Source: Camelus ferus (taxonomy: Eukaryota). From it: a stretch of 64,000 nt of DNA. A model generated the notes under the pieces. The model worked only from the letters and a program-made list of their open reading frames with translations, ran no database searches and was not told the origin of the DNA. The stretch lies in assembly GCF_009834535.1 (NCBI RefSeq), contig NC_045707.1, positions 56,546,001 to 56,610,000 of the forward strand, in the 5' to 3' direction. Positions 52,683 through 64,000 of the stretch are shown in pieces; the first letter of the stretch is position 1; each line of letters opens with the position of its first letter. Position numbers and translations under genes: made by a program.

Positions 52683-55600
52683 ATGGCAATAAACACACAT
52701 CTATCATTAATTACTGTAAATGTTAATGGACTAAATGCTCCAGTCAAAAGACATAGAGTGGCAGACTGGATAATAAAGCAAGAACCTTCAATATGCTGCA
52801 TACAAGAGACCCACTTTAGGGAGAAGGACACATATAGATTGAGAGTGAAAGGATGGAAAAGGATATTCCATGCAAATGGAAAAGCTAAAAAAGCAGGTGT
52901 TGCAGTACTGATTTCAGACAAAATAGACTTTAAAACAAAGGCCATAAAGAAAGATAAAGAAGGACATTTTATAATGATTAAAGGAGTGATACAAGATGAG
53001 GATATTACACTCGTTAATATATATGCACCCAATATAGGAGCACCTAAGTACATACAAGAATTACTAACAGAGATAAAGGGGGATATTGATGGGAATACAA
53101 TCATAGTTGGAGATTTTAACACTGCATTAACATCACTAGACAGATCTTCCAGACAGAAAATAAACAAGGCAACAGAGAAATTAAATACTACAATAGAAAA
53201 ACTAGATTTGGTGGATATTTTCAGAGCATTACACCCCCCAAAAATAGGATATACATTCTTTTCAAGTGCACATGGAACATCTTCCAGGATCGATCATGTA
53301 CTTGGGCACAAAAGAAACCTTAAGCAATTTTAAGAAGATAGAAATTATCTCAAGCATCTTTACTGACCACAATGCCATGAAACTGGAAATCAACAACAGA
53401 GAAACAAAGGAGAAAAAAAGGAAAGCATGGAGATTAAACAATATGTTATTGAAAAAACAATGGGTCAATGAGGAAATCAAAGTTGAAATTAAAAAATACC
53501 TTGAGACAAATGATAATGAAACCACAACCACTCAAAACCTATGGGACACAGCAAAGGCAGTGCTAAGAGGGAAGTTTACAGCGATACAGGCCTTCCTCAA
53601 AAAAGAAGAACAATCTCAAATAAACAATTTAACCCACCACCTGAATGAATTAGAAAAAGAAGAACAAAAAGCCCCAAAAAGCAGCAGAAGGAAGGAAATA
53701 ATAAAGATCAGAGAGGAATTAAATACAATAGAGATTAACAAGACCATAGAAAAAATCAACCAAACCAAAAGCTGGTTTTTTGAAAAAGTAAATAAAATCG
53801 ACAAACCTCTGGCCAAACTCACAAAGAAGAAAAAAGAGAGAGCACAAATTAGCAAAATAAGAAAGGAAAATGGAGAAATTACAACAAACAAAATAGAAAT
53901 ACAGATATCATACGAGAATATTATGAAAAACTATATGGAACCAAACTGGATAACCTAGAGGAGATGGACAAGTTTCTGGAAACATACTGTCCACCAAGAC
54001 TGAATCAAGAAGAATCTGAACACTTGAACAATCCGATCACTAGAAAGGAAATAGAAATAGCAATTAAAAACCTCCCTACAAATAAAAGTCCAGGACCGGA
54101 CGGCTTCACCGGGGAATTCTACCAAACATACAAAGAAGAACTCATACCAGTCCTTCTCAAACTCTTCCAGACGATTGAAAAGGAGGGAATACTCCCAAAC
54201 TCATTCTATGAAGCCACCATCACCCTGATACCAAAACCAGGCAAAGACACTACAAAAAAAGAGAATTATAGGCCAATATCACTGATGAACATAGACGCCA
54301 AAATCCTCACCAAAATTTTAGCAAATAGAATCCAACAACACATAAAAAAGATTATACATCATGACCAAGTGGGGTTCATCCCAGGGACACAAGGCTGGTT
54401 CAACATACGCAAATCAATCAATGTAATACATCACATCAACAAGAGAAAGAACAAAAACCACATGATCATCTCAATCGATGCAGAAAAAGCATTTGATAAA
54501 ATTCAACACCCATTTATGATAAAAATTCTCGCCAAAGTGGGTATAGAGGGAACTTATCTCAACATCATAAAAGCTATATATGACAAACCTACAGCCAGCA
54601 TAGTACTCAACGGTGAAAAACTCAAAAGCTTCCCACTAAAATCTGGGACAAGACAAGGATGCCCACTATCACCACTCCTATTCAACATAGTCCTGGAAGT
54701 CCTAGCCACAGCAGTCAGGCAAGAGAAAGAAATAAAAGGGATCCAAATTGGAAAATAAGAGGTAAAAGTGTCATTATATGCTGATGACATGTTACTATAT
54801 ATAGAAAACCCTAAAAGGTCCACACAAAAGCTACTAGAGCTGATTGAAGAATTCAGCAAGGTAGCAGGTTACAAAATTAACGTTCAAAAATCAGTTGCAT
54901 TTCTTTACACTAATGATGAATCAACAGAAGAAGAAAGTAAAGAAACAATCCCCTTTAAAATAGCACCCAAAGTAATAAAATATCTGGGAATAAATCTAAC
55001 CAAGGAGGTGAAAGAATTATACACAGAAAACTATAAACCATTGATGAAGGAAATTAAAGAAGACTTTAAAAAATGGAAAGATATTCCATGCTCTTGGATT
55101 GGAAGAATCAATATTGTTAAAATGGTCATACTGCCCAAGGCAATCTACAGATTTAATGCAATCCCTATCAAATTACCCAGGCATATTTCACAGAACTAGA
55201 ACAAATCATAATAAAATTTATATGGAACCATCAAAGACCTAGAATTGCCAAAGCATTACTGAAGAGAAAGAAAGAGGCTGGAGGAATAACTCTCCCAGAC
55301 TTCAGACAATACTACAGAGCTACAGTCATCAAGACAGCATGGTATTGGTACCAAAACAGACATATAGACCAATGGAACAGAATAGAGAGCCCAGAAATGA
55401 ACCCACAAACTTTTGGTCAACTCATCTTCGACAAAGGAGGCAAGAATATACAATGGAATAAAGACAGTCTCTTCAGCAAATGGTGTTGGGAAAACTGGAC
55501 AGCAGCATGTAAAACAATTAAGCTAGAACACTCCCTTACACCATATACAAAAATCAACTCAAAATGGATTAAAGACTTAAACATAAGACAAGACACAATA

Positions 55601-56479
55601 AACCTCCTAGAGGAAAACATAGGCAAAACATTATCTGACATACATTACAAAAATTTTCTCCTAGAAGAAATAAAAGCAAGAATAAACAAATGGGACCTAA
55701 TGAAACTTACAAGCTTCCACACAGCAAAGGAAACCAGAAGTAAAACAAGAAGAAAACCTACGGAATGGGAGAAAATTTTCGCAAGTGAAACCGACAAAGG
55801 CTTGATCTCCAGAATATATAAGCAGCTCATACGACTCAATAAGAAAAAAATAAACAACCCAATCCAGAAATGGGCAGAAGACCTAAACAAGTAACTCTCC
55901 AAGGAAGAAATACAAATGATCAATAGGAACATGAAAAAATGCTCAATATCACTAATTATCAGAGAAATGCAAATCAAAACTACGATGAGGTATCACCTCA
56001 CGCCAGTCAGAATGGCCATCATTCAAAAGTCCACAAATGACAAATGCTGGAGAGGCTGTGGAGAAAAGGGAACCCTCCTACACTGCTGGTGGGAATGCAG
56101 TTTGGTGCAGCCACTGTGGAAAACAGTAGGGAGATTCCTCAAAAGACTACGAATAGATTTACCATATGACCCAGGAATCCTGCTCCTGGGCATATATCCA
56201 GAAGGAACCCTACTTCAAAATGACACCTGCACCCCAATGTTCATAGCAGCACTATTTACAATAGCCAAGACATGGAAACAGCCTAAATGTCCATCAACAG
56301 ATGACAGGATAAAGAAGAGGTGGTATATTTATACAACGGAATACTATTCAGCCATAAAAACCAACAACATAACGCCATTTGTAGCAACATGGATGTTCCT
56401 GGAGAATGTCATTCTAAGTGAAGTAAGCCAGAAAGAGAAAGAAAAATACCGTATGAGATCGCTCATATGCGGAATCTAA
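52683..56479 (+). pseudogene. LINE-1 ORF2p (APE endonuclease, RT, C-domain) disrupted by about 3 frameshifts and 2 stops
   Basis: Motifs [66 protein letters not shown]; stops at 54756-54758 and 55892-55894. Confidence 0.97.
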
Positions 56480-58617
56480 AAAAACAAAAACAAAAACAAA
56501 CAAACAAACAAAAACAAAGCGTAAATACAGGACAGAAATAGACTCACAGACAGAGAATACAGACTTGTGGTTGCCAGGGGGTGGAGGGTGGGAAGGGATA
56601 GACTGGGATTTCAAAATTGTAGAATAGATAAACAAGAGTACACTGTATAGCACAGGGAAATATACACAAAATGTTATGATAACTCAGAGAGAAAAAAATG
56701 TGACAATGAGTGTGTATATGTCCATGGATGACTGAAAAATTGTGCTGAACACTGGAATTTGACACAACATTGTAAAATGATTATAAATCAATAAAAAATG
56801 TTAAAAAAAAGACTTGTACCATGAAAAATATAAAACTGTTGAAAAATACTTTAAAAGACTTAAATAAATAAATAGAAAGACATTCCTTGTTCACGACTTG
56901 GTAGGATTAATATTGTTAAGAGGAAATACTATCCAAATTGATCTACAGATTCAAAACAATCCTTATCAAAGTCCCTTGACTTTTTGGAGGAAATTTATAC
57001 GTTAATGTCAAAATTCGTGTGAAATTTAAGGGGCCCATAATAGCCAAGAAAATCTTTAAAGAATAAAGTTGGAGGACTTAAACTCTCAGATTTGAACACT
57101 ACTGCAAACTACAGTAATCAAGACAGTTAGTTATTCCAGTGGTACTGACATAACCATAAACATATGGTCAATTTATTTTTGAAAACTGTGCCAAGAAAAT
57201 TGAATGGTGAAAAAAATAGTCATTTCAACGAATGCTGCTGTGAAAATTAGATGACTATATGCAAATGGATGAAGTGGGACCCTCCTCAAATCATATGCAA
57301 AAAAAAATACAACACAATAAAATTACTCAAAATTGATCATAGACCTAAATATAAGGGCTAAAACTATAAAACTCCTGGAGGAAATCATACGAGTAAATTT
57401 TAACAACCATGAGTCAGGCAATAGTTTCTTAGAAACTACAGCAAAAGCACAAAAGATAAAATAAAATAGACTATATCATTTAAAATTTTCATACTTCAAA
57501 TGATAACTACCAATAAAATAAAATAAATTTCACAGAATGGGAAAACATATTTGTAAAACATATATTTGATAAAGGACTTGTATCCAAATATTTAAAGAGA
57601 ACTTATTTTTCAATAATAAAGAGACAAATGTAATTAAAAACGGGCAAATAATTTAGACATTTTCTCCAAGGATGATATACTTATGATCAGTAACACATGA
57701 AAACATGTTAAACATCATTAATGAAAATCCAACCAAAAGCACAATGAGAAAGTACTTTACACTCATTAGGATTGCTATAATAAAAAAGACAATAACAAGT
57801 TTGGTGATAATGTGGAGAAACTGGAACTCACACATTGCTGGGGGTAGTGTATAATGGTGTAGTCATTTTGCAAAACAGAATGGCAGTTCTTCAAAAAGTT
57901 AAACACAGTATTACGACATGACCTAAAATCCCACTCCTGGGTATATATTCAAATGAAATGAAAATAAATGTCCACATAAAAACTTTATGTATATAAATGT
58001 TCATAACAGCATTATATGGGCCAAGAATGAAAACAACCTAAATGTCCATCAACTGACAAATGGTTAAATAAAATTTTGTATATCCATATAATAGGATATT
58101 ATTCAGCAATAAAGATAGAGGTATTGATACATGCTATGACATGGATGACTCTTGAAAACATTATGCCAAGTTAAAGAAGTCAGTCACAAGAGAACGTATA
58201 TTGGATGATTCCATTCATATTAAATAGCCAGAATAAGAAAATTTATAGAAACAGAAAATAAATTAGTGGTTGCCTAGGGTTGGAGTTGAATGGGGGAGAA
58301 TGGAGATTGCTAATGGGAACACTTTTTTTAGGGGGATTGAAATTGCTCTGAATTAAATTATCACAATGGTTGCACAACTTAGTGAATATACTGAAAAATG
58401 TTGAATTGTACACTTTAAATGGGTGAAATATACAGTATGTGAATTATATCTCAATAAAGCTGTTTTAAAACAAACAACAACAAAAAGACCAATGATATAC
58501 AAGGCCTGGGACTTTCCAAAGCCGCATAAGACAATGTATTGAGGGTCACATAACAGGAGTTGGTTCAACCCAAACCTCTGGGGTCATAAACTGCAGAAAA
58601 AAACAGAGGAGTTCTAC

Positions 58618-58735
58618 CTTAGATATATGCTGATGGTGATTCTCCAGTTGAAACAAATGAAAGGAAGAATGAATCCTTTTTTATGCCACAGATTTCAAAA
58701 ATTTCTACCCTTATTTAATGACTCAAAGCACAGGA
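58618..58735 (-). pseudogene. Pseudo-exon, AAA3 C-terminal part
   Basis: Acceptor gcattttag and donor aag|gtagaa; PVL(fs)ESLNK...SFVSTGESP resembles the AAA3 P..E.LRQ motif and the following strand. Confidence 0.4.
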
Positions 58736-59139
58736 CTAAAATGCTTGCTTACATGATAGCTTGAAAGCACAGAGCCTCAAAGATAAATGGATTATGAGGG
58801 ATTGAATTATATTTAAAGACTAGAAGGGGAGGGAGTAAATGACTGGAGCTGGTAGCAGGGCAAATTTCTTAGTTTGTAAGAAGGCAACAAAGGTAGCCTG
58901 AAAAGGTAGCATGAGTAGGTGGCTTTCCCAGCCACAAATAAAATAAGAAATATTTAGCAAAAAATATTAACTCCACAATGGGAACTTTCTCCCAATTGTG
59001 TTTCTTACAGTTGTGTTTAAATACACACTGACATTGGGTGTCTGACATTCCACCATGGATAAAATAAATGTTTTCCCCATTTCTTATCCTTCCTTCAAAA
59101 ACCATTAAATTTCTGCTGTAGTCTATGGCAGTGATTTTT

Positions 59140-59609
59140 CTTTTTAATTTTCTTTTTTATTGACGTGTAGTTGATTTACAATGTCAGTTTCAGGTGTACA
59201 GCTAAGTGATTCATCATAAATATATAACCATATATATACTTTTTTTCTATTCTTTTCCATTATATGTTATTATAAAAAATTCAGTATAGTTCCCTGTGCT
59301 ATACAGTAGGTCTTTGTTGTTTATCTACTTTACGTATAGTAATGTGTATCTGTTAATCCCAAACTCCTAATTTATCCCTTCCCTACTCTTTCCCCTTTGG
59401 TAACCATAGTTTGTTTTCTGTCTGTGAGTCTATTTTTCATTTGTAAATAAGATTTGTATCATTTTTTAAAAAAGATTCCACATATAAGTGATATCATATA
59501 TTTGTCTCTCTCTGTCCAACTTACTTCACTTAATATGATAATCCCTAGGTCCATCCATGTTGTGGCAAATGCGATTATTTCATTCATTTTTATGATAGAG
59601 TGACACTAC

Positions 59610-59655
<46 letters not shown>

Positions 59656-60120
59656 TATCTATATATATATATCCCACATCTTCTTTATCCATTCATCTGT
59701 TGATGGACATGTAGGTTGTTGTCATGTCTTGGCTATCGTCAATACTGCTGCTATGACGCTGGGGTGCATGAATCTTTTCAAATTAGAGTTTTCTCCAGAT
59801 ATATGCCTAGGAGTAGGATTGCTGGGTCATATGATAACTCTATTTTTAGTTTTTTTTAAGAATTGCCATACTGTTTTCCACAGTGGCTGTACCAATTTAC
59901 ATTCCCACCAACAGTGTAGGAGGGTTCCTTTTTCTTCACACTCTCTCCAACAATTATTATTTGTAGACTTTTTAATGATAGCTGTCTGACTGGTGTGAGG
60001 TGGCACACTCACTGTAGTTTTGATGTGCATTTCTCTAATATTAGTGATACTGAGCATCTTTTCATGTGCCTGTTGGCCACCTGGATGTCTTCTTTGGAGA
60101 AATGTTTATTTAGGTCTTTC
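59140..60120 (-). mobile_element. 5'-truncated LINE-1 3' end
   Basis: 15-bp TSD at(g/a)gcagtgattttt at 59125-59139 and 60121-60135; ORF with [18 protein letters not shown]. Confidence 0.93.
59612..59672. repeat. (TG)n(TA)n microsatellite inside L1
   Basis: Direct reading. Confidence 0.98.
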
Positions 60121-60164
60121 ATAGCAGTGATTTTTAACAATGACTGGATATTAGAATACCCTGG

Positions 60165-60500
60165 GCCAAGATGTGCTTCAATAGGTGAATGAATAACAAA
60201 CTATGCTATATATATATATTGGAATTTTAATCAGCAATAAAAATAAATGAGCTCTCAAACTATGAAAAGACGTAGAGGAATCTTAAATGCATAGTGGTAA
60301 GTGAAAGAAACCATCTGAAAAGGCTATATACTATATTCATGTAAAAAGGCAAAATTATGGAGACAGTAAAAAAAAAAAAAAAGATAAGTGGTGTCCAGGG
60401 AGTGGATGGAGGGAAGAAGGGATGAATAGGTTGAGCATAGGGGACTTATCACAGTGAAACTGTTCTGTATGATATAGTAATGGTAGACACATATCATTTT
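60165..60500 (+). mobile_element. Old L1M 3' fragment
   Basis: gtgaaagaaaccatctgaaaaggctatatact...ggcaaaattatggagacag, typical of old L1 3' ends. Confidence 0.7.
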
Positions 60501-61379
60501 TAAAATAGGCCCATTGGAGACTTGGCTGAAGTAAGCTCAACTTTATTGGTATTATGGAGTTTATAATTTTCTCAACAGATGAAAACTGATACTTTAGCTG
60601 CAAGTATCAAGACTTCATCTTGCAGAGATTAAAAGGACAAAGAAATTGGGGAGAACTTTAAGTTCATTAGGCTTCATATTCTTTCATCTTAATAAATTAC
60701 ATCAATTCTAAATGTAAAATTTCCTTGGGATTTTTTTAAGTTTCTTCCTGTGAATTTTTACTTCTTTTTTAAACATTGCAGGTTACACTACTTTTGGAAA
60801 GATAATAAGCACAATCATTTTATTTCTATAATGAATCTTTTTTAGGCACTAATTATTGTTCTATAACATTTATTTCTTAAAATTCTTTACAGTGTATATT
60901 AACTGTACTCTTGAATATTTAATTTTGTTTAAAAATAGCCTTCACTGAATTTTACCTCTTTAGTAAACTCTAAAAATTGACTTTTTCTTTCAAGAAAAGG
61001 AAAGACTCTGTTTCATGTTTTCCTTCCCGATGGTCTATTGTGTTGTTTAGACCCTTTTCGCTTAGTTACACTTTAATGTTGTAGGACTTGAAAATTTCCT
61101 AGGGAGACAAAACAGCCTCTTTTGATTTCCTCTTTTATTAACCAATCATCTGAAGGAGAACCTTTCAAAGTTGGAAACATTGGACAGTGCTTTGGAAGAC
61201 CTGTATTTGATTCTACCTCTCTAACTAATGAACTATATGACTTTGGCTGGTGACACTATTTCTAAACCTCATCTGTTTTCTGAAACTCATCACAGTTTTC
61301 TCATCTGTGAAAGAAGTTATAATATATTTTCTTTAATTTCTCTTCTAGTTCTGACTTGCTCTTCCATGAATGACTCTAT

Positions 61380-61589
61380 GGCATGATTCTTGGTTCATGT
61401 TTATTATGGTAAACAATTATGTGACCCGAGAATTACATTTAAAAATGTCTATGAAACACTATCTGAGGTTCACTGCCAGTGAGAAAACCTTGTACCGTAA
61501 GAACTTGACAGAGAATTCTAAAAAGTGCTAGTCAATCTTGATTTATTCATATATGTGAGCATTTGCTCCCAAACGGTCCCTGAGTTTGC
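61380..61589 (-). pseudogene. Pseudo-exon following AAA2
   Basis: Acceptor ttctaattctttag; ANSGTVWEQMLTYMNKS has the Trp expected just after the AAA2 SRC motif; 3' boundary uncertain. Confidence 0.4.
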
Positions 61590-62870
61590 CTAAAGAATTA
61601 GAATGCTATGGTGGTAAAGTCGTAGAGTGACACATGTGCCCAGAAATAAGACATGAGATTGGAAATATGTGCAAAGAGTAGGATCTTTTCTGAGAAATCC
61701 AAAATTAGGGAAGCTTCGTGGTTGGGGTCCATTACCAGTTTTGTTCATTGGTCTTGTTATCTTTAATGTTTGCTTTGAGTCATGGGCATATGGACGAAGG
61801 AGGGAACACAAGATTGAGGCCCAGGCTCTGAACTGGTATAACATCACTTCCATTGCCTTCTCTGGGTCAAAACAAGCAACAAGACCAAGCCCTGTGGGGA
61901 AATAGGCTTCATCTCTTACAAGGAGGAGGTACAAAGCATTGAGGTTATTTTTGAAATCTGTAGTTCTCAATTTCTGATAAAATTAACAAACATTATAAAC
62001 TTTACAACATAAACTTTTATGAGCACTTAGTAAAATACAGTGCTTGTTTCAGAGCCTGACAAAGAGTAGCCACTCAATAGCTGATAACTCTTTATCAGCT
62101 ACATACTTATCATTAGGTCATTCGGATTACCAAATCCTGTTACCTCTCGTATTTTGTACTCTTTTTCTACCTCTGTGCTATTGACTGAATTGTGACTCCC
62201 ATCATTCTCACTATGTTTACTGAAATAACCTCTTAAATACTAAGCATTTGGCTCTCTATCTCTGTTGAGGAATTATAAACTCCATGAGGAGTTTTCTAAT
62301 TTATAGCTGGATTTTCATTTCCTGATACAGTACATTCTCACAGTAGACGCTCCACAAATATTTGCTGAATGTATGAATAGATTAAACTCTGCACACAAAG
62401 AAAGTTTCAGAAAATCAAAATCTTGGTATTCTGCTTCTTTATAGTCCTCCAATGGCTCCCCATAGTGTTCAAAATAAAATTTAAGCCTCTTAGTTTAATC
62501 TAGAAGTCCCCCATGATCTGACCCCTACCTCTGTAACTTCATCTATCACTCTCCTGTACATGTAACCCATCTTCCAGCAGTTTTCTGAATCTATTATGAT
62601 TTACTGAAAGATGTTCTTTCCTGTGGAATAGCCTAATCCCTCTTCTTTACCTGGCCTAACTCCTACCTGTCTTTAAGGCTTAGATCAATAATTTCCTTCT
62701 CCAGGACATCCACTTTGAAGTTCCAACATTAGCCAAATGTCATTCTTTTTATCTCCTAGCAAACTATACATAACCCTGCCACAACGATTATCAAACTACA
62801 GCTCAGGTGCTACATTTTTCATTGCTATATGACTAGCAGCATCTAGCCTATAGTAGCTGCTTCATTATTA

Positions 62871-63119
62871 TTATGTGAATGAACAGAAGCAAGATAGCAG
62901 GTGTGGAGAAAATGTAGCTTTAAAATTCACTGCCATCAGTTTGATGGAATATCCCCGCTTAAGCCTGGAGATTTGTATTTCTTCTGTTACTGAAGTCTCA
63001 TTAGCATTTTCCCCCACTAAATGAACTAAATTGCCTTTCTTTGTTCTTAAAATAATTCTCAGTAGTGAGCTTAGTGTCATTCTATCCCCAGATGACTACT
63101 GTCCTAACCTTTCTTTGCT
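62871..63119 (-). pseudogene. Pseudo-exon, AAA2 core
   Basis: Acceptor tcaggcttcag; SKERLGQ*SSGDRMTLSSLLR...IKLMAVNFKATFSPHLLSCFCSFT (ORF track 62871..63080) resembles the dynein AAA2 motifs LS.LLR and FEV...ASPATVSRC; 3' boundary uncertain. Confidence 0.55.
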
Positions 63120-63229
63120 CTGAAGCCTGACTTCATTTTTTTTTTTTTTTGACTGGTGGGTGTATGTTTTATTCCTGAACAATCTCAAAAGACTTAGACT
63201 AGTCCAAATAAAGCTACGTTTGTACAATG

Positions 63230-63525
63230 CCAAACTATTCATTTGGTAGTGAGTAAATTATTTTGGCATCCTGAGCACAGAGTCAGTCTCAGCTTTTTCA
63301 ATAATAATGATATTTTGTTAGTATAAGTGCCTCCAGGAAAGAAGAGAAATCCAGCATCGATTTGACGAAACTAATGTTTAAGTGGATCCTGCTGCATTTG
63401 ATTTTCAATAGAAAGAAAAAAATGATAGTTATACAAAGCACCATGTGACTCCTGTGTGTACCACTGGCGCATCAGTTCAAGTAGCCCCAGGCAACTTTTT
63501 ACTTACTGTTTGATTTACTGTCTTT
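63230..63525 (-). pseudogene. Pseudo-exon, putative degenerate AAA2 P-loop region
   Basis: Acceptor ttccattttaag; part of the translation FRQIDAGFLFFPGGTYTNKISLLLKKLR sits where the AAA2 Walker A is expected; 3' boundary uncertain. Confidence 0.35.
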
Positions 63526-64000
63526 CTTAAAATGGAAACCAAATGCAGTCTAAACAATTTTAGGTCACCTAGGGCTTTTCCCTTTTTTGCAACTATAAGA
63601 CCAATTCCCTAAATCCATCACTATTTAGATGAAGAGTAACAAAAAGGCACATAATTCAGTAAAGAAAAGTACAGCAGAACATCACAAATAATCCACAAAG
63701 TGCAAAAAACCACAGTTTCCCATTTCTTAAGAGTAAACTGGAACTAACATTTCCATAAATACAGGTGATAATTTCAGAAGATGGGTGGACTTCATTTTGG
63801 AAATTGTTTTATCTTTTAGTTTTCTTTGTAATGTTGCCAAAGATTGAGCGTATGTTTTCATTATGTATTAATTCTTTACCCTACTGCACTAAATAGTAAT
63901 TGGCAAACTCATAATGCAACTTAAGATGAATAGGGGTTTTCTCATTGAAAACTGACATCCTCTTATTCAGGTGAGAAAACTGAAGCCCAAGGAAGACACG

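Larger units (their letters stand above)
50763..56808 (+). mobile_element. Near-full-length young LINE-1 (partial GC-rich 5'UTR, ORF1, ~400-bp spacer, ORF2, 3'UTR, A-tail), inactivated
   Basis: 12-bp TSD aagacttgtacc at 50751-50762 and 56809-56820; ORF1 and ORF2 translations are typical of L1. Confidence 0.97.
50303..58475 (+). mobile_element. Older LINE-1 (L1M-type) split by the young L1; arms at 50303-50762 and 56821-58475
   Basis: Degenerate ORF2 is continuous across the TSD; old-type 3' end finishing tatatctcaataaagctg and an A-rich tail. Confidence 0.88.
17319..63525 (-). pseudogene. Unprocessed multi-exon pseudogene of a divergent dynein heavy chain (DNHD1-like); AAA2 through C-terminus lie in the window and the 5' part probably continues beyond 64000
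   Basis: Series of minus-strand segments bounded by polypyrimidine-AG and GT. Manual translations give dynein-like motifs in collinear order: FSPHLLSC (~62.9 kb), GSMGLGRK (~47.5 kb), AEIRTYP (~43.0 kb), LLWSESLSRLK (~41.9 kb), HYPILLDC (~40.65 kb), DPNFCM...SLNEEML...RPNL (~36.9 kb), LFRVLRSE...LFNALNDILSKIL (~33.25 kb), NIV*LLL...W..TAAL (~17.5 kb). Many in-frame stops and several frameshifts. Family assignment rests on remembered DNAH/DNHD1 sequence, not on a search. Confidence 0.7.

Noticed and set aside
52559..56765. Many minus-strand ORFs of 65-202 aa
   Set aside because: Antisense shadows of L1 ORF2 and 3'UTR; the same peptides recur at every L1 copy
50763..56808. Possible active (retrotransposition-competent) L1
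   Set aside because: Stop in ORF1, several stops and frameshifts in ORF2, and the 5'UTR appears truncated
61590..61970. 126-aa minus-strand ORF
   Set aside because: Overlaps an apparent MaLR fragment and putative intron; no recognisable motif

Overview
AT-rich mammalian genomic DNA, most likely camelid because it carries a vic-1-type tRNA-derived SINE. It is dense in LINE-1, L2/MIR and ERVL/MaLR relics. No intact protein-coding gene is evident, and nearly all long ORFs in the track are LINE-1 ORF1/ORF2 pieces or their antisense shadows. The main hidden feature is on the minus strand, between the repeats: about 25 AG/GT-bounded exon relics from ~63.5 kb down to ~17.3 kb. My hand translations show dynein-heavy-chain motifs in the correct order (AAA2, AAA3, AAA4, stalk/MTBD, AAA5, AAA6 region, C-terminal domain). 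They are riddled with stops and frameshifts and are most reminiscent of the divergent DNHD1 type. I interpret this as an unprocessed pseudogene of a divergent dynein heavy chain; the comparison is from memory and needs BLASTX/HMM confirmation. Also seen: a 126-bp tandem duplication that copies a whole 77-nt intron, a 583-bp perfectly identical tract shared by two otherwise diverged L1 copies, a TSD-flanked 188-bp retroposon made from an L1 5' end, twin-priming inversions and small templated fold-back insertions. Boundaries of old repeats are approximate.
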